A stretch of DNA of 64,000 bases, taken from contig NC_087460.1 of the NCBI RefSeq assembly GCF_036321535.1, forward strand, positions 4,712,001-4,776,000, in the 5' to 3' direction. The position numbers and the translations under genes are program-made. Under the pieces are notes generated by a model. It had not been told where the DNA came from, ran no database searches, and saw only the letters and a list, made by a program, of their open reading frames with translations. The DNA is from Camelus dromedarius. Taxonomy: Eukaryota. Shown piece by piece: positions 51,198 through 64,000 of the stretch. Every line of letters starts with the position of its first letter. Within the stretch, counting starts at the first letter, position 1.

Positions 51198-54100
51198 CTA
51201 AGATTTTCTCCTCTTTGCTGGTGGGGGCCGGCTGGAACTGCAAGGGGACAGGGTGGGAGTCTTAGGTTCCTTGGGGGTGCCATTCTGTTTCTGGAAGGCA
51301 GCCTTCTTGACAGGCTGCTCCGGTAACTGCTTTACCTTCTCAGCCCCTGCAGTGTTCCCACAGGGCCGGTCACCGTCCTCAGGCTTGAGAGCAGCCTGGG
51401 CCTTAGAGAGGGGCTGCACTGCAGGCATTTCTGTGTCTGGGCCCTTGCGGGGAGCGTGCTGCTTCCGGAAGGCAACTTTCTTGGAGGACGGCAGTTTGGG
51501 AGACTGTTGCTTTAGTTTCCCAGCCACTGCAGCTTTTTCAGCCAGCTGACTGCTGTCCTGGCTCTTGGAGGAAGGCTGGGCTTTTGTGACAGAAGACACG
51601 GTGGACAATTCTGAGTCTGTCCCTTTGGAGATGCCATTCCGCTTCCGGAAGGAAGCCTTCTTGGGATGTTGCCGTTTCTGTGGCCTCTGCTTTGCTTCCA
51701 CAGCCACTCTGGCCTTCTTGGCAGACTGGCCGCTGCTCTCAGACTTGGGGGTCACCTGCCCTTTTGGGTTGGACAAGTCTATGTTTGCAGGAGTAGATGT
51801 TGCAGAATTTCCTGGGGTTAAAATTAAACAGTTTGAGAAAGTGGGCCTCACCACTGGGTCTTGATCATTAGTGGAGAAAGTAAGCAGAGGTATTAAAACA
51901 AGGAAACTGCCTGGTGCTAGCTCCTGGCCAAGTGGTCCACACAATCTGCCTAAGAGTAGGCTCCCTGGGTTCATATTACTCAGTAGCACCTGGCCTTTAC
52001 TCAAGTCATTTTTGAATTTCGTATTAAAGAGAAGGGATCACTACCCATCCTTGAGCCAAAAGATTTTTAGAGGAAGTTATGACCCCTTGAGGACAGCAGG
52101 TTACAAGACACTCTAAGGAGGTGAATCCCAAATAAACCTGAAGCACTAGGCTTTTCTTTTAAGAAAACAATTTTTTTCCATGCAGATTTGGATGAGATGC
52201 AGGAAAATAAGACTGACATATATTAAATATGTACTTTTACAGTTACAGCAGAAAAGAAAAATTACAGGAAATCTTGACATTTCTTAGAGGTGTTTACTCC
52301 GTAAACACTGAGATGGACTTTTCTCAAGAGGCAGTTCATAAAGAAAAACAAAGTCAACTCAGTAAGTCACACAGTTTGTATCCAGAGAAGCCTGCCTCTC
52401 CCTCTTCCAACTAAACCCGGGGTGACATCCCAGCATGCAGAGCCTTCTGGCCATTTCAGAAAGCCCCACCCTTCCCCTTGAGATCCAGGCCAGACTCCTC
52501 AAGATGGCTGAGAGAACAAGCTGCAGTTAGTGTGATGGGCTCAGAGAAGTGCTGCGGGTTCTGAGGAGTCCTGTGCCAAGCCAGTGCTGACAAGGCTTGG
52601 CCCAGCAGAGGTCTACTACCAGGAAGGCAACCCTCGGCCAAGAAAAGAAACCACACCCACGAGGGGAATGCATTTAATGCCCAGCAACTGCAGCCACTTG
52701 GCAGAATCAAGGAAAAGGCCTCACTCACGTAAATGCTGTAACACACCCAAACAGGGTCCAGGCTCGGGAACCACTCTAGTTGGGATAAAAGGGGTCTCTC
52801 ACCCTACCATGCAAAGGCTGGAAGAGGAAGGCAAGAGACTTGGCTCTTCCCTGCAGCACACTTTATAAAAGCCTCTTCAGAGAAACAAAGAGCAAAAGGC
52901 ACAAAGTGCAGAGCGCTTACCTGTTTGGGGCTGGGGGACAGAATTGGAGAATTTCTTGAACTTGGCAATAAAAAAACCATCCATGTTGTGGGTGTGGGGG
53001 TAGAAGCGGCGGGTGGAGCGCAGAGTAGGGTGGAAGCGCCTTTCCCGGAACCGGGTGAAGCCCTCCTGGCCAAAGTCTAGGCCAGTGGGCACCAGCCGCA
53101 CATTCCTCTTTTTCAGGGCATAGTCTACCACCCACTCATTCTCTTCCACCTGCCAGGCGGGGAGACAGAGAAGGAAAGCAGAGCTGGAGCTGAAGGGGGC
53201 ACCGAGGGATGACAACAGCCCCCAGCCCTCCCCCTCACACCGCGACAGGCCTCACCATGACGGAGCAGGTGCAGTAGACCAGGTAGCCTCCCGTCCTGGA
53301 GGTGGCGCTGACGGAGTCAATAGCACTCAGAAGCAGCTCCTTCTGCAGGTGAGCACAGCGCAGGATGTCTTTCTCATCCTGTCCCAAGATGGAGAGATGC
53401 ACGGTGTTGAACTTCAAAGGCAGCCTCGGGAGAAAGGAGCCACTGACTGCTCAGAGGGCGACTCCACCTCCCACTCCAGCTCCACAAGGTTCCCCCTCAA
53501 GACATCTCAGCTGGTCCCAACTCTACCTTGTTAGTTTTCACAGCAGGGTCCTTGGAGATAACCCCAGTGCCACTGCAGGGAGCATCCAGCAGGACTCGGT
53601 CGAAGCCCCCTACCACCTGGGCAAAAGGGCAGATCAGTCAGATGTTTTTGACACCTGAACCACACCATTTATTTCCCAGGGGCAAGTCTCAATGCTGACG
53701 CCAGAAAAGGGGAGGGGACCTGGAAGATGGCTCAGGAGAGACGCGCCAGGGGGACCCCACCTTGGGGAACTGGCGCCCATCATAGTGGCTGACGATGGTG
53801 TTGGTGACTCCCAGCCGGTGCAGGTTGCCCACGACACTCTTAAGCCGCTCAGCGTTGGCATCGTTGGCAAGGATCACACCTGTGTTCTTCATCAGCTGGG
53901 CTGAAGGAGGAGGGCACAGTGCTCACCAGCAGCTCCCCAGCCTCCACACCTGCTGGCCACCCTCCAGCCCAGGAATCTGCCGGTGAAGTCTCATCCCTTC
54001 CAGGCAGACTCCACCCCCAATCAGCCGCATTCCCCACTGCCTACCCTGTAGTGAGCATGCCTCCCAGGGTGGTTTTTCCACTATTACTGAAAGCCCTTCT

Positions 54101-57100
54101 GATCCTAGAGACCAAGTTACTTCTTACAAGTGTTAACAACTTAATAAAATGTTATGTCTAACTACATGCTGAACATTGTCAAGGACTTCAACATGCACAT
54201 CTCAACCCTCACAGCCCAAGTATAACATAATAGCCCACTCAAGCAAGAGGACACCTTGCCATGGATGACTGCGACCAGGGGCTTGGCCAAGGTCACGCGG
54301 CCAGTGAGAGGCACGCATGGGGCTGGAATCCAGGCCGACTCCAGAGCCTGTGCCCGCCCCCCCCCGAATCCTGCTGAATGCCTGCACACTGTTCCCTGAG
54401 CGCTGGCAACTCACCGAGCCCACCTACTTTCATAAGCGGAGAGCCAGGTGAACCCTAGCCCTGCCGGCCCCTCCATACCTATGTAGCTGGTCTTTCCTCC
54501 AGGTGCACAGCACATATCCAGGATCCGCTCATGTTCCTGGGGTGCCAAGGCCATGACAGGCAACATGCTGGAGGCTCCCTGCAGCATGTAGTGCCCAGCC
54601 AGGTACTCGGGAGTAGCACCTGTGGAGGAGGACCCGCTTGTGACATGCCGGGACAAGGGCAGGGGGAGAAGGGCCACCAGGCAGGGAACACTTACCAATG
54701 GGCACTGAAGAATCATAGACCACGAGTCCAGTCTTTGACCACTTGCCCAGGGGATCCAGGTTAACCCCACGATTGATTAGCGCCTGAAGATAAGAGGGAT
54801 GAAGATTTTTAAAACCTCGTAGGCTACTCTACCCAGAAAGCAGATGGAGTAGGAAAACCTGGTCCTGTCGGGAGGTCTGTGGCACCATAACCCCCTAAAG
54901 CTTAGTCAGGACACAATCATTGCAAGCTCACAGAGCAGTTTCTCCCATTGCATCCACAGTGTCCTTCTCCTTAGCCTCAAGTTCTAACTCAAGGTCTGAA
55001 CTTCCTCCCAATGCAGCAACTGCCAGATCCTATTCTTTTATTTCCTGGAAGTAGGCTCTGATTTTCCAAGAGGCTTAGCCCCCTTACCACATTAAAATTT
55101 AGAATTATCAGTTACACCACTTTAATTTTCAGGTTATCTTCAAGCCATGAGATATACACACATAGTGCCACACCACTGACTCTGAAACTAGAATGTTTAA
55201 CCTAGGGTCCCCGAACCCTTGGAAATGATGAGCTTAAAATATTGCCTGTGCACCATTTCTAATCCCAAGGGCAGGAATCAGTTTCAGCAGCTTCTCAATG
55301 ATCGACAAGGAAGACAGCTCCCACCCACTTCTTTCTGCGGCAGTACTCGTTTGTTTGTTTTGGAGAGAAGGTTGTTTATTTGGTTATTGACTTATTTATT
55401 TTCTTGTCTATCTATTATCTGTCTATCTATCTATCATCTGTTTATCTATTTATCTATCTACTTAACAGAAGTAATGGAAATTGAACCCAGGACCTTGTGC
55501 ATGCTAAGCACACACATTACCACTAAGCTATATCCTCCCCGCTTCTATGGCAGCATTTTTATGGTGACACAGACATCCCAGCCCTGTCACAGGGAGCAGA
55601 GGCAGAACAGACCAGTTTCCCACTCCATAGAGGTCCTCGGCCCTGAGCCAGCCCACCAAACCCAGCATGGCACTGGGCCTGTCTAGGTTTGCTTCCTGGG
55701 ATCATGCCTGTACCAAGAAATGCTCAGGTACTGAAACCCCACCCAGTCACAGGGAGGGATAAGGAAATCTCGGGGGCTCGTAGAAGTCAGCGCCTCCCCG
55801 AGACAAGCAAACCTCAAAGCCCACCCCTCACCTGAGCCAGGTCCCGGCGTCGGGTCTTCAAGGTATTGGTCCTGAGGGTGATAGGCCGAGGCACCTCATT
55901 GGCTTCCAAGAACTCCACCAGCTAGGACAGAGGACGGCAGGGAACCGGTCAGGCCGGCCTAGGAGCTCAGCCAGAAAACCAGGGAGCAAAGGGGCCAACC
56001 GCCTCCCTCACACAGGGAGAGAAGGTGAGGAAAGCACAGCAGGAAGGGCGTCAGACTGGCCCTCAGCACCTCGCACAGAGGGAAGAGGTCCATGAGCTTG
56101 CCAAGGAGGAAGTCTCCGTAGGAGTAGTAAGTGGCCAGATCCTTCCGAAGCCGCTGCAGATACTCAGATCGAGACCGACCTTCCTCCCGCTGCGTCCCGA
56201 AGTCACGCAGCACTCCCACTATATCTTGGATGCGCTTGTGAACCCGCTGCAAGTCTGGAGCCTGGGCATGTGGACCTGCTAAGTAAGGAACTGCTTCCTA
56301 ATGTCCCGGGGCTGGAAACCCCCTCTCCCAAGCATCTCCCCGATCCCTGCACCGCTGCACCCAAAGGATATCTTGCTCCATCTCCCCAGTAGGGGGCAGC
56401 ACAAAAGGCTCCTCCTCATCCACATTGATCTGCAAGCCATCGGCCTCTTCATCCTCTCTGGGGCCTGACTCAGGGGACACCGTCTCCTCTTCCTCCTCTT
56501 CATCAGTCTCCTCCTCGCTCCACTGGCCCCTGTTAACATAGCGGTTCACAGATCCAAACAGACACCTCCTCCTCCCCACTCATGTTTCCCTCATCCCAGC
56601 CTATTTCCTCCTTAAGAGCTTCCAAAACTCACCCAGCAGCAGCTTCCTGGGCCTTCTGCTTCCGAGCAGCCCTTTCAATGGGCAGCAACTGGAAAGAGAG
56701 ACAAAGGGCTGGTGACGCAAAGCCTGCCCTTCTACAGCCCACGTGATACTTCCTGCCTCTGTGTTTTACTTTTCCCTAAATACAGATACAACTCTTAACT
56801 CCCAGAAAGAAACATATACTCTCCAAAAATGGGTATAAGATTGGCAAAACATTTCCCATCGTTGAAATAACATGACAGATTGAAAGCGTTCACTGCACTG
56901 TTCTTTCTACACCAGAGAGCACACGGGGGTGGGGAGGCAAAAGCCGCTTTTCATGTTATTGAAATTGTGATGCATTTTCAGGTTTGTTTTTTGCCTTTTC
57001 TCATTTACAGTTATATCTGTAATCTAGCTGTATTCACAGTTACAAGCGTTTTCATAGACATAATGGCCAAATGTTAATGTAGCATATGAATGAACCAGAA

Positions 57101-59605
57101 TTCAGGTAAGCATACTGGGCATTTTGGAAGTTTGCAGTCGCTGGCAACATGGTCCACACAGTGCCTGTAAATCTCATAATAATAACTCCATGGAGAGAAG
57201 GGGGGTTATGGGAGACAGGTGCAAATGGGAACTTTCTTTTTATTCCATGCAACTCTATATTGCCTGACTTTTCCTAATAACACACTCGTATGCTAATTTT
57301 GTGATACATAAATGACTTCTTACGTCTTAGCAAATGAATCTTTATTTATATATTCTGGATCATCTTCCTAACTGGAATTACTAAGTCAAACAGAAAAGCC
57401 TTTTTAAGGTTCTTAGATACCAAATGCCATTAAGAAATCTGTGTGCATGTCTAGTCCCATCAGCAGGTCCGTACACATGTCTGCCTTGCCATGTCTGCAC
57501 CAGCCGCGAGCACTCTCATCTCACAATGCACTGTCCTATAGCTCTTGTCAACTTGCACGTGTGCTGAGAGGACATAAGGCGGTATGAAAACACTGATGGA
57601 AAGTGAAAATCCTTTTTTTCTACTCAGGTTTATCCTGGTCATTGAGGAATAATCTCAAGGATCTGGAAAGACTCTAAAAAGGCAAGGATCGCTTCCTGAA
57701 CACCCCAAGAAATAAAGCTCACCTCCTCACCGTCCTCCTCATCTTCATCCTCGGAGTTGGAGTCAGCTCCATAGTCATCTACCATGTCAGCATCACTGTC
57801 TTCAGAGCCCCAGAGGTCCCCCTGGTTCAACACACCGTCCTCTCCAGAGTCTCCCTCCTCGTCACTGCTATGGCCTGGTGCCGGGCGCTTCTTGCTTTGA
57901 GTAGTGGTAAATAAGGACAGGGCTCCCTTCTTACCGGGTGTCTGGACAGCTCCTGCAAAGATCCCAAAGGGTTTGAAGAATCCTGGACTCATGGCAGCCA
58001 CACACTGATGGGCCCCACACTATCTACTCCCAAGAATGTCCTTGTGGCTGTTCCTTTCACTCCAGAAATGCTCAGCAAGCCCTTCCCCACCTAGGATCCA
58101 GAGGACTCCTCAAAGAGCACCCAGCCCCTATTTTCACGGACCTTTTGGTAGCTTTCCAGGCAGCGGTTTGGCCCCAGGAGACTTACTCGTCTCAGGGGCA
58201 TCAGCAGAGCCCAACCTCCTCTTGGCTGCCCTGAAAAGACATAAGAATGAGAAGGAATGAGGAGAAGGAACACACCTGCCACCTCCCATTGCAGGGAAAT
58301 GTGACAGCCCCCTAAGAGCCCTTTCCATCAGCACAGTCACATGGGATCATGTGGTTACAGATGAGCAGGACCAATTTAATCTGTGTAACGTAGTCTGAAC
58401 ACTCACCTCTTTCGAGCACGACTGGACAGCCTCTTGGAATTGTCCTCACCAGCTGTTTAAAAAACCAGGCAGAGCAATAAGTTACAGGGGAAAAGAAAAA
58501 TAGCAATGGGAGAGGAAATAAAAGGGGAGAGAATTAGGACACTAGTTTTTAAAGGCAGTAGATTGTAACTCACTCCACTGTGCTCTACCAGGAGCTGAAT
58601 AAGAGATAAGAGGTAAAGGAAATGATCTCCATCTGGTTGTTCATCAACCAAGTCCACACTGGGCCTCCCTCCAGACTTCTGATTTCAATAAATAGCATAG
58701 CTGCCATTCTGATAACAACACAGATTCAAAATTTATCTTTCTTCTGCCTTTTCTTTTAGTCTCAGTTACCAACACCAGAGTTTACCTTTACAACTGCTGC
58801 TTTTCATATCTTCTCCAAGAAATAAAAGGTTTAAATCTCAGCCCTATCGTTTAATAATTGTAGGCAAGCTAACCTCTCAGCATCCAACTTACTAGCACTG
58901 CCTCTCTCACAGGACACTAAAGAGAATGACATGGTAACAATGTGTCCAAAGAGTTCAATGTAATGTTCAGCACTTACCAATACCTCAATAAACTGCATCT
59001 TTCACACAAAGCTCAACACAAACTACCTGCCCGTTTTTCTCTCCCACCCAGTCTTCCACACAGGAGACAGCTCACCACCTGGGAACCAGACCTGTGCTTC
59101 CCCATCTCCATCCCCTCCACGACGGAGTTCACAGTGACTGGCCTGTCCCAACTTCCACTTGCTAAAATGTCACTCACATTTCAAAACGCATCTTTACGAA
59201 ACTTTTTGAAACTCTTAACTCCGTAGGCTCCCCTCTTCCTCTGAACCCTCTCAATGTTAAACCACACCTCTCGTTGCATGACTACTTATCGCATCTTCCC
59301 TACGTCCTAAATGCTCATGAAGGTGTTTCGTTCATACATGCATACTTCGTTCATACTTACTTCCTAATAACACATATAAAGAAAATTCCACGTGAACAGA
59401 AAGGAACACACAGACTGAAAAATGTAAAGGTTACGCTACAGATGAAAGAATGGCGCAAAAGCTGGAGACTCGGTAGGAGCGGGCGCACCTGACCCTTACC
59501 TGCAGGCAAGAATTTGGCGAGTTCGGTCTCAGCACCCTTCTGTTTCCGGGCCTTTCGGCCTGGCCCCCGTTTCTCCTTCTTCGTAGGGTCCAACTTGCGC
59601 CCCAT
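51198..59605 (-). CDS. NOP2: NOP2 nucleolar protein (p120/NSUN1), 28S rRNA m5C methyltransferase, 799 aa, 15 coding exons
   Basis: Exons 59605-59500, 58452-58407, 58230-58142, 57952-57723, 56688-56633, 56529-56372, 56269-56070, 55921-55832, 54783-54696, 54619-54479, 53900-53761, 53616-53527, 53378-53256, 53149-52921, 51811-51198 total 2400 nt in frame. Motifs: [10 protein letters not shown] start, [21 protein letters not shown]. Confidence 0.96.
55349..55540 (-). mobile_element. Vic-1-type SINE with a TAGA-like microsatellite in its tail, NOP2 intron
   Basis: Reverse complement begins GGGGAGGATATAGCTTAGTGGTAATGTG...GGGTTCAATTTCC; imperfect (TCTA)n at ~55405-55460. Confidence 0.78.
56270..56371 (-). 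other. U12-type (minor spliceosome) AT-AC intron of NOP2, orthologous to human P120 intron F
   Basis: 5' site ATATCCTTT at 56371-56363, branch-like TTCCTTAC at 56290-56283, 3' end ...GTCCAC at 56270. Removing it restores [15 protein letters not shown] in frame. Length 102 nt. Confidence 0.93.
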
Positions 59606-59799
59606 GGTCCTGGGGAAAATAAAAACGGGAGACAGGTGAGGTGGCGCGTGTCGCAAAAGAAAGGCAGGGTGCAGACGAAGCGAATCGCAGTGTAAAGGGC
59701 TTCGCCCCGACCAGAACCTCGACTCGGCAGCCCAACAGCCCCTCGAGGCCTAGCCAACCTCCACTCCACGCTGAGCCCCGGGCCCTGGTTCCCACGCCG

Positions 59800-60330
59800 T
59801 CTGCACAGTGTCACCCTTCCCACGCCCCAGTCCAGGTCCGCGCCTCACCTTTCCTTCCCGGAATTCCTCTAGACCCGCGCGAAGCCTCGGTTCACCTGGA
59901 AGCGGGCCCAGCCCCGAGACCGCCCTGGGCAGCAGGCGCGGGACTCCACGTGCGGCCCGAGGCCGGCGCTCAGACGCCACACCACGGAAACGTCTCACGC
60001 AGGCGCACAGCGCGCGCTCGCCTCGAAGCCCCGCCTCTTCCGGGATCTCAGGCCGCCGCGGAAGCCGGAACGTTAGTCGGCGGGCGTGGCGGCGCGGAGG
60101 GGCACGATCCCGGGGCGGACCGTGGGCGGAGAAGCGGTGCGCGCGGGGCCGTCTTCGTCTTCCCCGCCCTCCCCTCCAGGCGTGGGCCTTTGGCTTCACT
60201 GCAGATTTGAGAAAAACTGATACCGGAAGCCGCTCCCTCCTCTCGAACGGAAGGGCCAGAGCAGAGCCCTTATCCGGGTGTCCTCTGCCCGGCGTCGCCT
60301 CAAGATCGGGGGATCCCACACCATTCACTA
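59800..60330 (-). promoter_or_regulatory. NOP2 CpG-island promoter and non-coding exon 1
   Basis: Donor AAG|GTGAGG at 59848, acceptor before the ATG exon at 59612-59610, MYC-type E-box CCACGTGC (CACGTG 59947-59952), ETS CCGGAAG motifs, dense CpG. Confidence 0.8.
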
Positions 60331-60816
60331 TGACTCAGAAACCCTCTTCCTTGAACCCACAGACCCCGCGCTGCCCCTCAGGTAAGGGTTTTCTCTGCCT
60401 AAGATTCCATCTTGGCCATCAGGAGGAAGGCATGTTGCATCTTCTCAAGTTAACAGAACTGACTTCAGCCTAAGTAGTGCTTACTAGCTGTTAAAACCTG
60501 TTCCAGCACTTTACGGGTTTCATCTTCACAACTCTGAAGATCTCTATTTTGTGCATGAGACATCCACAGCCCGGAGTTCACATCCTCAAGCTCACAGAGC
60601 CAGGAGGCCGCAGTGCAAGGTGTGAACCCCGGGTGGCTCCGGGGTCTCCGCTGTCCACAGGCGGTGGCGTCCTCGCCGCCGGGACACTTGCTCTTCGTAC
60701 AATCTCCGACACAAGGAAACCATCAGTCTTCAATTGCACGCTTCCCGGGGCTTCCAACAGACACACTCACCCATCTCCACCCACACTAAATCAGAGCACT
60801 AAAATACAAGGAAACT

Positions 60817-60907
60817 TTTATTTTCAATTTTCGTCAAGAAATTTGCTGTGTTTTTTTATGCTTTTGGTTCTTTTCCTTTTTTTTTTTTTTTTCTTTTCCA
60901 CTTTATT
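60817..60907 (-). terminator. CHD4 polyadenylation signals (two AATAAA)
   Basis: TTTATT on + at 60902-60907 and 60817-60822, separated by an A-rich tract on the transcript strand. Confidence 0.75.
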
Positions 60908-61400
60908 TCATTCTAGCCGCTCAGGGGCTGGAGCCGCTGGGTTCCTGGTATTAAAAAGATGCCAACAGAGGTAGCTGTGTCTCGCCCAGGGGCCCGGCCC
61001 ACTGTGAATACCCCCAAAAAAGGAGAAAAGAAAACACAAAATAAACCAACAAAATAAAACCAAAAGGACGAAGAAATTCAGATCGTTTTCTTCAAGCCTG
61101 GCGGGAACCCACAACAGTTTGTAACAGACGTTACAGTGGGGAGAAGCCAGGGCCCAGGCCAGCCCGCCAGCTCCCTGCAGATGGCGCCGGCGCTACTGCT
61201 GCACGTCTCTCCAGCAGGAAGGGCACCACTGCCCCTCACTCCCTCCCCTCCCCCAGTGCACGGGGGTTGTTCCTCTACAACATGGAAGATGGGGCAGAAG
61301 GAAAGAGAGGGTCTCTCAGGCCCCCAGGGGAGAAGCTGGGCAAGGGAAAGTGAGGAAGGTCACTGCTCAGCGGTGGAGGCGGTATCATCAATCTGGATCT

Positions 61401-62729
<1,329 letters not shown>

Positions 62730-64000
62730 TTACTTCTGGTGGGCCTCCCAGAACCTGTAAAGAACCTTCCGATGGCCCCACACCCGACCAGTTCAGCGTT
62801 ATGTTGCTTTTTTTTTAACCCTCCTTTGGAGGTTGGTGTTTTTAAGGCTCTTTACCCTTTACTGATTCACTCTTAACACAAAAATGATAAAAACTCAAAT
62901 TCAGAAAATACAGAATATATAAGAGAATTAAGATCACAATTCCACCTCCTAAAGATACTGTTAACATTCTGAGGTCTTCCGTTGCATTTGTATTTTACAA
63001 AAATTAAGATCATTCTATGTAAGTATTTACATTGTGTTTTCACTCTAAAAGTTATAGAGTAAGGATTCTCCTTTATTATTAATTGCTGTTTATAAAAGAT
63101 GACTTTTAATGGTTGCATGGCAGTCCATCCTATGGATATACCTACTATATCATTTAGGTTGTTTTACTCCTTAAAATTATTCCTGTTGTTTCTTTTGTCT
63201 CCATCTCACCCGCATTCCTTTCCTTCCTCAATAGGCAACCCTTCTAATACACTGTGTACCTTTTTGAGAGTATTCTTGAAGACTGAGGATTGTTTCATCT
63301 GCACATTTCTAATTTACAGAATGATGTTTTTCTGTCTGTTATAGAATGCTTTTTCTTCCTTCACCTACTATACATCTTTTTAAAGCTCCCCTCATGTTGT
63401 TATAGGACATGTATTTTGTTACTTCTGTTGCTCACATTACCTGCTCTGTGATGTGAGTCCACACTTTACCTGCCCATACTCCCCATGTCGAACATCTACA
63501 TTGCCTCCAGGCCCCACCACCAAAACTCATACTGCAGTGAACACTCTTACACATGTCACCGGCATGAAAGTTTCTTTGACATATATTCCAAGAGACAGAA
63601 TGCTGATTTGTAAGTTATGAGACTTACTCTGCTCAAGCATCCACTGGTTCTTAAAAAGAATAAATCCATTAGGGGTCATGGAAGAGGGCAGTATGAGAAT
63701 AATGGACTCTTGTTTCTTCCACAAGACCAGGCTCCATCAGGGCCCACTAACTTATCCCAAACAGACGGAGCATCTACTTTCAACCATACACCCTGTCTCC
63801 TCCCCAACTCTCTCCGCCCTCCCGCCCCAAACCATGAGCTTTCTCCAGGATCAGTCCTTGGCTGTTCTTTTAAAGCATTCTCCCAAGAGATCTCTCCCTT
63901 CCTGGCACCAGCCAGCACCTCTATGCAAGTGAGCTGGGCTTTTCAGACCTGTGTCTCAGGCACTGACTGTTCCGATCCCACTCATGCACGGTTGATCACT

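Noticed and set aside
59641-60473. Several 190-220-aa ORFs at the NOP2 promoter
   Set aside because: CpG-island artefacts with Arg/Pro/Gly-rich composition.

Overview
Mammalian genomic window, most likely a camelid (tRNA-derived Vic-1-like SINEs; artiodactyl-type GAPDH residues). It is syntenic to the human 12p13.31 block: MRPL51 (-, complete) head-to-head with NCAPD2 (+, 31 coding exons, 1400 aa, hosting scaRNA U85/SCARNA10), then GAPDH (+), IFFO1 (-), NOP2 (-, 799 aa) and the last three coding exons of CHD4 (-). I traced exons by hand from splice signals and frame continuity. Three of the four N-gaps cover coding exons (last GAPDH coding exon, last two IFFO1 coding exons). I found no wholly new gene family or system. 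The most interesting signals are RNA-processing and regulatory. In NOP2: a U12 AT-AC intron with a non-consensus branch site and an adjacent exonic CTCF motif, an in-frame cryptic donor, a missing alternative acceptor and an earlier stop codon. In IFFO1: a microexon and alternative-acceptor cluster. In NCAPD2: a candidate structure-enclosed poison exon and inverted SINEs around exons 3-6. At GAPDH: three introns that human lacks, a triplicated X-box-like palindrome upstream and a MEF2/E-box/ERR cluster in intron 2. Comparisons with human sequences are from memory and need checking by alignment.
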